From: an uncultured Chloroflexia bacterium
Lineage (GTDB): Bacteria; Chloroflexota; Limnocylindria; Limnocylindrales; CSP1-4
NCBI GenBank assembly: GCA_963713975.1
Contig: OY970218.1
Location: forward strand, 1,088,001-1,152,000
DNA: 64,000 bases
Direction of reading: 5' to 3'
Shown here: positions 31,201 to 39,599 of the stretch, piece by piece
Numbering within the stretch: position 1 is the stretch's first letter
Layout: every line of letters starts with the position of its first letter
The notes under the pieces: generated by a model
Database searches by the model: none
What the model saw: the letters and a program-made list of their open reading frames with translations, nothing else
Told to the model about the DNA's origin: nothing
Made by a program: the position numbers and the translations under genes

Positions 31201-31302
31201 GAGGTCCTCGAGGCCGAACGGGGCCGGAGTCGACGGCCGGCCCTCGATCGTGCGGTTGGGTGGCGATGGCTCCGCCCCGCTGGCGCGCGGCACGGCGCGG
31301 TC

Positions 31303-31308
31303 ATTCTA
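31303..31308 (-). promoter_or_regulatory. Probable -10 element (TGc-TAGAAT, extended -10) of the nuo operon
   Basis: Minus strand reads gcTGcTAGAAT upstream of nuoA. Confidence 0.55.
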
Positions 31309-31375
31309 GCAGCGCGACGGGGACAGGGATCCCCGTCCGGTCGGGCCATCCGGCCCCTTCCCGGCCCGGTTCCGG

Positions 31376-31412
31376 CGTCCTGCGCCTAGCCGTCCTGCGC
31401 CTAGCCGTCCTG
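31376..31412. repeat. 15-bp tandem repeat CGTCCTGCGCCTAGC, about 2.5 copies, duplicating the stop region of the MidA-like gene
   Basis: Read directly from the sequence. Confidence 0.8.
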
Positions 31413-32639
31413 TGCCCCGCCGGGACGCGCGACGCGTTCGAGCGCGGGCAGCCGGACCGCCTCGGGCAGGCCCCGGCCGAAGGCGAGGACCCGGAACCCG
31501 CCCATCCCGCGCGGGTCGAGCAGGCGGGTGAGCGCCGAGCGGAGGGCAAGGCCGTCCTGGAGCGTGGCGCCGGGTCGACGCAGGTACGACCCCACGAGCT
31601 CTGCGGTGCCGACGCGCGCGAGCAGCTCGGCCTGGGTGGTCTCGCCCAGGGGTCGGAGCCCGACCGCCGCCGCGGAGGCTCGCACTGCTGCCAGGTCGAC
31701 CGTGGCCGTGAGGTCCTGGCGGCCGACATGCCGGAAGGGGTCGCCGCCGACGGCGTGTCGCGCGAACGTCCGGAGCGTGCCGTCGGGGTGGCCGGGCCCG
31801 TGGAGGACGGCGGGCTCCTCGGCGTAGTCGAGCAGCACGACGATGCCTCTGCCGAGGTCGCGGGTCGCGTCCGCGAGCCAGCCGTCGACGCCGACGCAGA
31901 TCTCGGTGACCTGGCCTTCCGCGAGCGAGATCCCCTCGTCCTGTAGCCGGTCCGCGAGCGCGGGCGTCGAGAGGTCACCCTCCACCCATGTGAACCCGCC
32001 ATCGTCGCCCGCGGTGACCAGCAGCTCGAGGGGGCCACCGGTACGGCCCACGACCCTGTGGACGGGGAGCGCGTCGAGGACCTCATTCGCGATGACCGCA
32101 CCGGCCGCTGGGCCGATGACCGTCCCCGGCAGGACAAGCCTGTCCGCCAGACCGGCTGTCGCCAGGCGCTCCCGCAGCGTGTCCAAGCGCGCGGCCTCCA
32201 CCTCCAGCGGCTGGTAGCGCACCGCGTCGAGGAATGCCGGGCCAACCTCGCGCAGCCCGTCCAGGAGCCCGGCGGCGAGCGTCCCCGTTCCCGCGCCCGG
32301 CTCCGTGATCACGAACTCTGCGGGCCTTCCCATCGCGTCCCACGCCTGCTCCAGCAGCCGCCCGACGGCCGCGCCGAAGATCGGGTGGGCCTCGGGCGAC
32401 GTGAGGAAGTCGCCGTGACGGCCGGGCCCGGGCGAGGGACGGCGGTAGTAGCCATGACCCGGCTCGTAGAGGGCCCGCTCCATGAACCGGGCGAAGGTCA
32501 TGGGCCCGGTCCGTGCGATCTCGTCCCGGATGGCGGCCGCCAGGGACTCGTCCTCGCCGACCGACTCGGGATCCGGCAGCGCCTCGCGGCGGTAGTCGGC
32601 GATGCCGGGCGACGCGGTGGGTTCTTCACCGCGGCTCAT
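31401..32639 (-). CDS. SAM-dependent methyltransferase, MidA/NDUFAF7 family
   Basis: 'GPMTFARFMERALY.PGHGYY', 'GDFLTSPE..PIFG', 'EPGAGTG', 'ANEVLDALPV', 'LLDY', 'QDLTATVD'. Confidence 0.88.
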   Translation of the reverse strand: MSRGEEPTASPGIADYRREALPDPESVGEDESLAAAIRDEIARTGPMTFARFMERALYEPGHGYYRRPSPGPGRHGDFLTSPEAHPIFGAAVGRLLEQAWDAMGRPAEFVITEPGAGTGTLAAGLLDGLREVGPAFLDAVRYQPLEVEAARLDTLRERLATAGLADRLVLPGTVIGPAAGAVIANEVLDALPVHRVVGRTGGPLELLVTAGDDGGFTWVEGDLSTPALADRLQDEGISLAEGQVTEICVGVDGWLADATRDLGRGIVVLLDYAEEPAVLHGPGHPDGTLRTFARHAVGGDPFRHVGRQDLTATVDLAAVRASAAAVGLRPLGETTQAELLARVGTAELVGSYLRRPGATLQDGLALRSALTRLLDPRGMGGFRVLAFGRGLPEAVRLPALERVARPGGAQDG

Positions 32640-33721
32640 CGGTCGCCCGACAGCGCCAGCCGCGCCCCCGGACCCACCAGCCCGTGCCCGCCGAGCAGGA
32701 TGGGGACGCTGGCTCCGGCCGCGGCCGCCGTGACCTCGGCCAGCCATGGGTCCCGGACCCGTTCGGGGAGCAGCAGGTCGCTGGCGAAGCGGTCCTCGGA
32801 TGTCGGCCAGTCCCGCTCGTCCGCACCGAGGTGATGGGCGAGGAGCACCCGGCTGTCGATCAGCGCGCCATCCGAGAGCCTCGCCACGAGGCGTCCGAGA
32901 CCCCCGGGGCCGTCGCGGTCCAGCAGCTCACCGAGCACGCTTCGCGCGGGCCGGCGGTTGGGTCGGCCGACGAGCGTCCCGGCGGCAGCGGTCCGCAGGC
33001 CACGCTCCTCGACGATGGCTCGAGTGCGGGACCCGGTCTCCCGCTCCAGCCAGCGCAGGTCGGCGGAGGCCATCCGGCCCGCGACCAGGAGCTCCGCACC
33101 AGGGTCCGCGACCAGGGTCCGGAGCGCGGTCAGTCTCGTCTGCACGACGGAGGCATCGGCGGCCTCGGGGAGCGGCAGGCCGTCGGGGGCGGCCCGGGCG
33201 CCGTCCAGGAGCACGAGGTCCAGCGGCGAATCGACGTCCATGGCGAGCCATCGCCGGGCCCGGAGGTCCGACACCGGGATCCCCGCCACCTCCGCCAGCC
33301 AGCGCGGAAGCGCGTTGTCCGAGGCCGGCGCCGCGGCGAGATCCCGGAACACCAGGTCCATCCGGGCGATCGCGATGACATCCGCCGAGTACCGATGGTT
33401 GGCGAGGGCCGCCGGCCGCATCCCCCCCGCCGCCTCGACGAATGTGCGCCGGTCCGCAGGGGTCGCCAGCGGGATCGCCCCAGCCCCCAGGACCACCAGT
33501 CCGATCGGCCGCAACTCCGCCACGAGCCGGTGGAGGCGCGTGCCGAATGGAGTATCGTCGGGCGGCTCGCGGCGGACGACGACCTCGCCCGCGCCGGCCG
33601 CGAGGAACCCGCGCCGGTGGTGCTCGGCGAGCGCGACCCGTGCGTCGTCCAGGCGGCGCAGGAGCGGCCCGGCGTCGGGAGCGAGCGCGGGGGCGAGAAC
33701 GAGGACGGTGACGGGCGGCAT
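32636..33721 (-). CDS. Hypothetical protein, possibly CofC/nucleotidyltransferase (GT-A)-like fold
   Basis: 'FGTRL', 'GAGAIPL', 'NHRYSADV', 'DNALPRWL', 'DVDSPLDL', 'EERGLR', 'SEDRFASDL', 'LLGGHGLV'. Confidence 0.55.
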   Translation of the reverse strand: MPPVTVLVLAPALAPDAGPLLRRLDDARVALAEHHRRGFLAAGAGEVVVRREPPDDTPFGTRLHRLVAELRPIGLVVLGAGAIPLATPADRRTFVEAAGGMRPAALANHRYSADVIAIARMDLVFRDLAAAPASDNALPRWLAEVAGIPVSDLRARRWLAMDVDSPLDLVLLDGARAAPDGLPLPEAADASVVQTRLTALRTLVADPGAELLVAGRMASADLRWLERETGSRTRAIVEERGLRTAAAGTLVGRPNRRPARSVLGELLDRDGPGGLGRLVARLSDGALIDSRVLLAHHLGADERDWPTSEDRFASDLLLPERVRDPWLAEVTAAAAGASVPILLGGHGLVGPGARLALSGDR

Positions 33722-33756
33722 CCGCCCGAGTGTATCGACGGGAGGGCCGCGGAGCC

Positions 33757-34371
33757 GTGGCGATCGTGCGGGCATACATCGGGCTCGGCGCCAACGTGGG
33801 CGACGCGGCGGCAACGCTGGCCGCCGCGATCCACACCCTGGGTGCCCTGCCGGGGGTGCGCCTCAGCGGCGTGTCGCGGCTCTACGCCACCGAGCCCGTG
33901 GGTGTGCTCGACCAGCCCGAGTTCCGCAACGCGGCCGTCGCCCTGGACGTGCCGGCGGGACCGGATCCCGCGACGGGCGCGTCCGCGCTGCTGATCGCGC
34001 TCAAGGACCTGGAGCGCGCGTTCGGCCGCCGGCCCCGCGCGCGGTGGGGCCCGCGCGAGGTGGACCTGGACCTGCTGGTGTTCGGGCGCCACCGGGTGGA
34101 CGTCGAGCGGCCGATCGAGGGCCGGAGCGCGGACCCGGCCAAGGCCACGCTGCCGCTGGTCGTGCCGCACGCGGAGGCACGCAACCGTCTGTTCGTCCTC
34201 GCCCCCCTGTCAGACCTGGCCCCGGGCCTCGTGCCGCCGGGATGGGGCGAGACGGTGTCGACGGCATCGGACCGGCAGCGTGCCCTGGAGGGTGCCGACG
34301 CGGCCCGCCCGATCGCGACCTGGGACGGCGACGGCTGGGTGCCGGAGCCCGGGACGCCTGCCGCGGGCTAG
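33757..34371 (+). CDS. folK: 2-amino-4-hydroxy-6-hydroxymethyldihydropteridine diphosphokinase
   Basis: 'YIGLGANVG', 'YATEPVG..QPEFRN', 'RWGPREVDLDLL', 'VPH...RLFVLAPL'. Confidence 0.95.
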   Translation: MAIVRAYIGLGANVGDAAATLAAAIHTLGALPGVRLSGVSRLYATEPVGVLDQPEFRNAAVALDVPAGPDPATGASALLIALKDLERAFGRRPRARWGPREVDLDLLVFGRHRVDVERPIEGRSADPAKATLPLVVPHAEARNRLFVLAPLSDLAPGLVPPGWGETVSTASDRQRALEGADAARPIATWDGDGWVPEPGTPAAG

Positions 34372-35351
34372 AGCCTGACGGCGGGCGGCCGGTCGCGGTC
34401 GAACATGTGGACCGTGTCCACGAACCGGACCTGCTTCGTCTGGTAGGCCATCACCAGCGAGTGGGTCCTTGCCCCTCCGCCAAAGAAGCGGACCCCCTGC
34501 AGCAGCTCGCCGGCCGTCACGCCGGTTGCCGCGAACACGAGCTGCTCGCCGGACGCCAGGTCCTCGGTCCGGTAGACCCGGTCCTCGTCGGCGTGGCCCA
34601 GCATGGCCGCCGCTCGCTCGCGATCCTCGGCGCTGCGGAACCGGAAGCGGGCCTGGATCTCGCCCCCGAGGCAGCGCAGCGCGGCCGCGGTGATCACGCC
34701 CTCGGGTGCCCCGCCGATACCCATCACCGCGTGTACGCCGGTGCCCTGCACCGCGCAACTGATCGCAGCCGAGACATCCCCGTCGGTGATCAGCTTGATC
34801 CGGGCACCGGTCCCGCGCACCTCGGCGATCAGGTCGGCATGGCGCGGCCGGTCGAGGATGATCACGGTGATGTCGGACACCTTGCGCCGCAGCGCCTCGG
34901 CGACCCGGTGGCAGTTCTCCGCGGCGGGCCGGGTGATGTCCACGCAGCCCGCGGCGATCGGCCCCACGGCCAGCTTCTCGAGATAGGTGTCGGGTGCGTG
35001 CGTCAGCCCGCCGGTCTCGGACGCGGCCAGCACCGTGAGCGCGCCGCCCTGGCCCGTGGCGACCAGGTTCGTCCCCTCCAGCGGGTCCACCGCGATGTCC
35101 ACGGCCGCGACGGCCCCGCCCTCCCCGTGGCGGCCGACCTGCTCGCCGATGTAGAGCATCGGGGCGTCGTCCCGCTCGCCCTCCCCGATCACGATCGTCC
35201 CGGCCAGCTCGGTCTCGTCCATCGCCCGGCGCATCGCCTCGGTGGCAGCCTGGTCGGCCTCGTCCCGGGCGCCACGGCCCATGAAGCGCGCGGAGGCGAT
35301 CGCGGCGGCCTCGGTGACCCGGACCATCTCGAGTGCGAGGAGCTGTTCCAT
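34368..35351 (-). CDS. glpX: Class II fructose-1,6-bisphosphatase
   Basis: 'VRVTEAAA', '[17 protein letters not shown]', '[10 protein letters not shown]', 'DGDV', 'GIGGAPEGV'. Confidence 0.96.
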   Translation of the reverse strand: MEQLLALEMVRVTEAAAIASARFMGRGARDEADQAATEAMRRAMDETELAGTIVIGEGERDDAPMLYIGEQVGRHGEGGAVAAVDIAVDPLEGTNLVATGQGGALTVLAASETGGLTHAPDTYLEKLAVGPIAAGCVDITRPAAENCHRVAEALRRKVSDITVIILDRPRHADLIAEVRGTGARIKLITDGDVSAAISCAVQGTGVHAVMGIGGAPEGVITAAALRCLGGEIQARFRFRSAEDRERAAAMLGHADEDRVYRTEDLASGEQLVFAATGVTAGELLQGVRFFGGGARTHSLVMAYQTKQVRFVDTVHMFDRDRPPAVRL

Positions 35352-35400
35352 TCCTGTCCTCCCGGGGAGCGGTGGAGGGACGTGAGCCGGGCGCCGCGAC

Positions 35401-36948
35401 CTAGTGGCGGAAGTGGCGGCGCCCCGTGAACACCATCGCCAGGTGGTGGCGGTTGGCGACCTCGATCGCCATCTCGTCACGGATGGACCCGCCCGGCTGG
35501 ATGATCGCCGTGATCCCGGCATTGGCCGCGATCTGGATTCCGTCCGGGAACGGGAAGTAGGCGTCCGAGGCCATGACCGACAGCCGGGTCCGGTCGCCAG
35601 CGCGCCGCAGCGCGATGTCCACGGCGACGTTCCGGCTTGCCTGGGCGGCCCCTATCCCGACCGACGCGCCATTGCGCGCCAGCACGATCGCGTTCGAGCG
35701 GACATGCCGGACGGCACGCCACGCGAACAGCAGGTCGGTGAGCTCGCCGAGCGTCGGGTGACGCCGGGTCACCACCTGCAGCTGACCGCGGTCCAGGTCC
35801 ACAGCGTCGAGGCCCTCGACCAGCAGCCCGCCGCCGACGCGCTTGAAGTCCAGGTTCGCGATCCCGTAGTCGCGCATCCCCTCGGACGGGGAGGCGGGGA
35901 CGGCCAGCAGCTCCAGGCCAGGCTTGGACTTGAGGATCCCGAGCGCCGCCGGGCTGAAGCCGGGGGCGATGACCGCCTCATACGAGTTGGCGGCGATCTC
36001 GCGGGCCGTCGCGCCGTCCAGCTCCCGGTTGACGCCCACGATGCCACCGAACGAGGAGACGGGGTCCGTGTCGAGTGCCCGCCGGTACGCCTCGACCAGC
36101 TCCTCCGCCGACGCGAGCCCTACCGGATCGGTGTGCTTGGTGATCACGACGGTCGGGGCCGTGTAGTCGGACGCGATCCGATAGGCGGCGTCCAGGTCCA
36201 TGAGGTTGTTGAACGTGGGCGGGGCGCCGTGCACCTGCGTCGCGTCGGACAGGCTGCCGGACCGGTGCGTCGTCTCGCGGTAGAACGCCGCGCGCTGGTG
36301 GGGGTTCTCGCCGTAGGGCAGGTCGGCAACCTTCTCGAGGACCAGCGCCAGGCGTTGCGGGTACACGTTGTTCGAGATCTGGTTGAAGTAGGCGGCGATC
36401 TCGGCGTAGTAGGCGGCGACGGTGCTGAACGCATCGGCCGCCAGCCGGTAGCGCGTGTCGGCGGAGACCTGGCCAAGGGTCCGCAGCTCCTCCATCACGG
36501 CGGGATAGTGGGCAGGGGACGGGACGGCGACGACGCCGGCGGCATTGCGCGCAGCGGCGCCGAGGAGGGCGGCGCCCGCGACGTCGATCAGCTCGATGGC
36601 CTCGTCGATGCCGATGCGCTGGCGCCCCACCTCGGGTGCGAAGGGCTTCACGTTGACGACCACGAGGTCGATCAGGCCGATCTCCTGCTCGACCAGCTGG
36701 TCCAGCTGGTCGGCGCGGTCACGCCGGGCCAGGATGCCGGCGTAGATCGCGGGGTGGAAGGTCCGGACCTGGCCACCGACCAGCGGGGGGACGGCGGTCA
36801 GCTCCGATACGGACGCGGACTCGATGCCATCGGCGGCGAGGTGCTCGCGGGTGCCGTCCGTCGCGACCAGCTCCACGCCCAGGCCCTGGAGATCTCGCGC
36901 GAACGCCGAGATCCCGTCGCGGTTCGCAACCGAGAGCAGTGCACGCAC
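35401..36948 (-). CDS. purH: Bifunctional AICAR formyltransferase/IMP cyclohydrolase-like protein, divergent
   Basis: YGENPHQ, KH, SNAIV, ASDAYFPFPDG, IIQPGGSIRD, FTGRRHFRH; several IMPCH-site substitutions. Confidence 0.85.
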   Translation of the reverse strand: MRALLSVANRDGISAFARDLQGLGVELVATDGTREHLAADGIESASVSELTAVPPLVGGQVRTFHPAIYAGILARRDRADQLDQLVEQEIGLIDLVVVNVKPFAPEVGRQRIGIDEAIELIDVAGAALLGAAARNAAGVVAVPSPAHYPAVMEELRTLGQVSADTRYRLAADAFSTVAAYYAEIAAYFNQISNNVYPQRLALVLEKVADLPYGENPHQRAAFYRETTHRSGSLSDATQVHGAPPTFNNLMDLDAAYRIASDYTAPTVVITKHTDPVGLASAEELVEAYRRALDTDPVSSFGGIVGVNRELDGATAREIAANSYEAVIAPGFSPAALGILKSKPGLELLAVPASPSEGMRDYGIANLDFKRVGGGLLVEGLDAVDLDRGQLQVVTRRHPTLGELTDLLFAWRAVRHVRSNAIVLARNGASVGIGAAQASRNVAVDIALRRAGDRTRLSVMASDAYFPFPDGIQIAANAGITAIIQPGGSIRDEMAIEVANRHHLAMVFTGRRHFRH

Positions 36949-37137
36949 CTGCGCGGTTCCTCCTCCGGCGGTTCGTCCGGGCCGCGTCCGGGGCGTCGAG
37001 CGTGTGCTGCGAGGGGACTCCGGGGCCGTTCCACCTGGCGCGCACGACGTCGGGTCGAGTATACCGTGGCCCTCGTGGCATACTCGGGACCACCCATCAG
37101 CGTGGCCGGGGTCCCGGCCGTTGCGGAGACATCACGC

Positions 37138-37569
37138 GTGCAGCTCTGGCCCTGGGAGTACCTCTTCACCTCGTTCGACAATACGAACTTCCCCGACCTC
37201 TACAACCAGATCCTCGTCGCGGCGATCGGGTTGCTGGTCGCGGCGATCGTCTTCTACAACGTGCGGACCCGACAGCTGCACCGGCATGCGGTCTACCTGC
37301 AGATGTACGAGTGGATCCTGTGGACCTGCGTGGTCCTGTCCAGCCTGCTGATCGTGTTCTGGATCTTCCGCTTCGACTGGATTCTGGTCCTGGGCACGCT
37401 CGTCACCGGTCTTTCGGTGCTGGTCTGGATCCGGTTCATCCGGTTCCCGCCCTACTTCGCCGCGTACGAGCGGCAGCTCGCGAAGCAGCGCTACTACTCT
37501 CGTCAGCGCTTTGCCCATCCCGAGACCACGATCCGCACCAAGTCCTCGCGCCGGCGCCGCCGCCGCTAG
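37138..37569 (+). CDS. Hypothetical membrane protein (3 TM, Arg-rich C-terminus)
   Basis: GGAG RBS before the GTG; hydrophobic helices; ends SSRRRRRR. Confidence 0.75.
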   Translation: MQLWPWEYLFTSFDNTNFPDLYNQILVAAIGLLVAAIVFYNVRTRQLHRHAVYLQMYEWILWTCVVLSSLLIVFWIFRFDWILVLGTLVTGLSVLVWIRFIRFPPYFAAYERQLAKQRYYSRQRFAHPETTIRTKSSRRRRRR

Positions 37570-37584
37570 CAGGGAGCAGGGCCC

Positions 37585-38073
37585 GTGCCGATCGACATCC
37601 GGCGGTTCGGTGTCGGGCACCGCCGCCCGGATGGTCCGCCGGGAACCGAGGGGATCGAGGGCCAGGTCATCGAGAGCGGTCCCCCGGGCGTGATCGCCGA
37701 GCTGGCGTTCTCGCGGCACGCGCGGATCACCCCCCACACCAACCCCGCCTGGACCTGGTTCGTCGTGATCGAGGGTGGTGGCTGGGTGGGTGTCGGTGAC
37801 GAGCGGACCCGGGTGCAGGCGGGTGAGGCCGTTGCCTGGCCGCCCGACGTCCTCCACGGCGCATGGACCGACGGAACCCAGATGCGGGCGATCGTCGTGG
37901 AGTTCTCGCCGCTGCAGCTGGCGCTGCCGCTGGTGGTCGATGGTGCAGCGGCGCTCGGACCGGGACCCAGCAGCCACCCCGTGGGCAAGGGCGAAGGCGA
38001 CCTGGTAGCGCGACCTGCGCCCCGGGTCTGGCCGCTCACGGGGCGCGATGCCGAGGAAGGCGAGCCGGTGTAG
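37585..38073 (+). CDS. Cupin-domain protein
   Basis: 'PHTNP..FVVIEGGG', 'AGEAVAWPPDVLHGA'. Confidence 0.8.
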   Translation: MPIDIRRFGVGHRRPDGPPGTEGIEGQVIESGPPGVIAELAFSRHARITPHTNPAWTWFVVIEGGGWVGVGDERTRVQAGEAVAWPPDVLHGAWTDGTQMRAIVVEFSPLQLALPLVVDGAAALGPGPSSHPVGKGEGDLVARPAPRVWPLTGRDAEEGEPV

Positions 38074-38179
38074 GTTCGGGCGGGAGCCGGTCCCCGTCGG
38101 CGTCCCCTGCCCCGCCCGGGACTCCGGGGCCGGCCGAGACCGCCCCGGCCGGGGACACGTTCGACGGCACCCCATCATC

Positions 38180-38908
38180 GTGCCGGGGATCACGTTCCCA
38201 CCGACGATGGAGGGCCGACCCGTGGTTGCGGTCGGGCCGGAGGCCGACGCCCGTATCGCCGCGGCGACGGACGACTCGCCGATCGCGGTGAGCGGGTGGC
38301 TCCTGGGCTCGGAGCACCGGCGATGCCCGGACACCAAGTGGGACAGCCCTGCCCCCAACGGCGTCGACTTCGATGACTGCGTTGCCGTGCCGTTGCGCGC
38401 CTCGCAGGATGGGGGGGCGACCCTGCCCCTGCACTTCGACCGCCAGGATCCGCCCGCGTGGCACAGCTCGCCTGCCGTGACCCAGGTGATGCGCATCCTC
38501 GTCCAGGTCCACGTCCGCGACGCCGGGTGCTCCGACGCCGACTGCGTGCACAAGGCGGTCTTCGACAAGGTGCTCATGTACGGGTCACCGCTGATCTCGC
38601 CGCCGGTCCTGGCGGCGACCATGCCGCCCGGTGGCATCTCGACGGAGCAGGCGATCGCGGCCGCGCGTGCCTACGACGTGCAGACCAGGCTGGGGTTCGG
38701 CGAGCCGAAGGTGCTGCTGTCGGCGGAGGCCGGCCCGCTCATCGTGGTCGCGCCAGAGGAATGGGGTGACGGCGCCGACCTCGCCTGGATCTGGGTCGTG
38801 CGGTTCGCCTCGGACGATGGCGGCAGCAACTACGAGGTCTATGTCGACTTCCTCGACGGATTGGTGTCCGGAGCAAGGGGGTCGAGCCCCGGCATGGGAT
38901 CCAACTGA
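38180..38908 (+). CDS. Hypothetical protein (start uncertain; possibly a 5'-truncated fragment of an exported protein)
   Basis: Host-like codon usage from about 38180; paired Cys; no signal peptide seen. Confidence 0.45.
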   Translation: MPGITFPPTMEGRPVVAVGPEADARIAAATDDSPIAVSGWLLGSEHRRCPDTKWDSPAPNGVDFDDCVAVPLRASQDGGATLPLHFDRQDPPAWHSSPAVTQVMRILVQVHVRDAGCSDADCVHKAVFDKVLMYGSPLISPPVLAATMPPGGISTEQAIAAARAYDVQTRLGFGEPKVLLSAEAGPLIVVAPEEWGDGADLAWIWVVRFASDDGGSNYEVYVDFLDGLVSGARGSSPGMGSN

Positions 38909-38940
38909 ACGACTCCACGAGCGCCGCTACCCCCTCCGGC

Positions 38941-39594
38941 TCAGGACGCCCCGTCACGCCCCAGCCAGGCGCCCAGCCCGCCGAGGACACGCGCCGTCAT
39001 GCCCCACACGGCCAGGCCCGCCACGGGGTACGCGGCGTAGCGCAGGTCCCACCCCCGGATCTGACGCTCGACCCACTGCAGCTCTCCGCCGGGCAGGAAC
39101 GCGGCCAGTGGCGCCTCGAGGATCGCGGCAACCTCCGTCGCCTGCGGCACCAGCACCGGGCGACGCTTGGCCACCGCCACGACGGGGGTCACCGTGAAGT
39201 TGCTGACGGGGATCCACTGCACGGACAGGGTCCCGAGGACCCGTACCCCGGCAGCCTCAACGTCCAGGCCCACCTCCTCCGCCGCCTCCCGCAGGGCCGT
39301 GGCCACGAGGTCGGCGTCGGTGGCCTCGGCCCGGCCACCTGGAAACGAGACCTCGCCCGAATGGTGGCCTCCCCGGTCGGCGCGCTCGGTGAGGACAAGG
39401 CGGGCCTCGCCGTGATCGCCCGGGAACACCAGGACCAGCACCGCCGCCAGCCTCGCCGAGGCATCAGACGCCGCCCAGGACGGCTGCGGCCTGGGAGCGC
39501 CGCTCTCGCGGAACACCGGGACAAGCGCATCGGGTCCGTCGGGAAGGACGTCGGGCAGCGGATCCAGGCGGCGGACGGCGTCTTCGAAGCGCAC
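38941..39594 (-). CDS. Nudix hydrolase, CoA pyrophosphatase type
   Basis: 'LTER...HSGEVSFPGG..D..TALREAAEEVG', 'VWGMTA'. Confidence 0.9.
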   Translation of the reverse strand: MRFEDAVRRLDPLPDVLPDGPDALVPVFRESGAPRPQPSWAASDASARLAAVLVLVFPGDHGEARLVLTERADRGGHHSGEVSFPGGRAEATDADLVATALREAAEEVGLDVEAAGVRVLGTLSVQWIPVSNFTVTPVVAVAKRRPVLVPQATEVAAILEAPLAAFLPGGELQWVERQIRGWDLRYAAYPVAGLAVWGMTARVLGGLGAWLGRDGAS

Positions 39595-39599
39595 GGGGG

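Noticed and set aside
36949-37065. ZTP (pfl) riboswitch upstream of purH
   Set aside because: Lacks the conserved GACUGGCG and CGCCUGGG elements.
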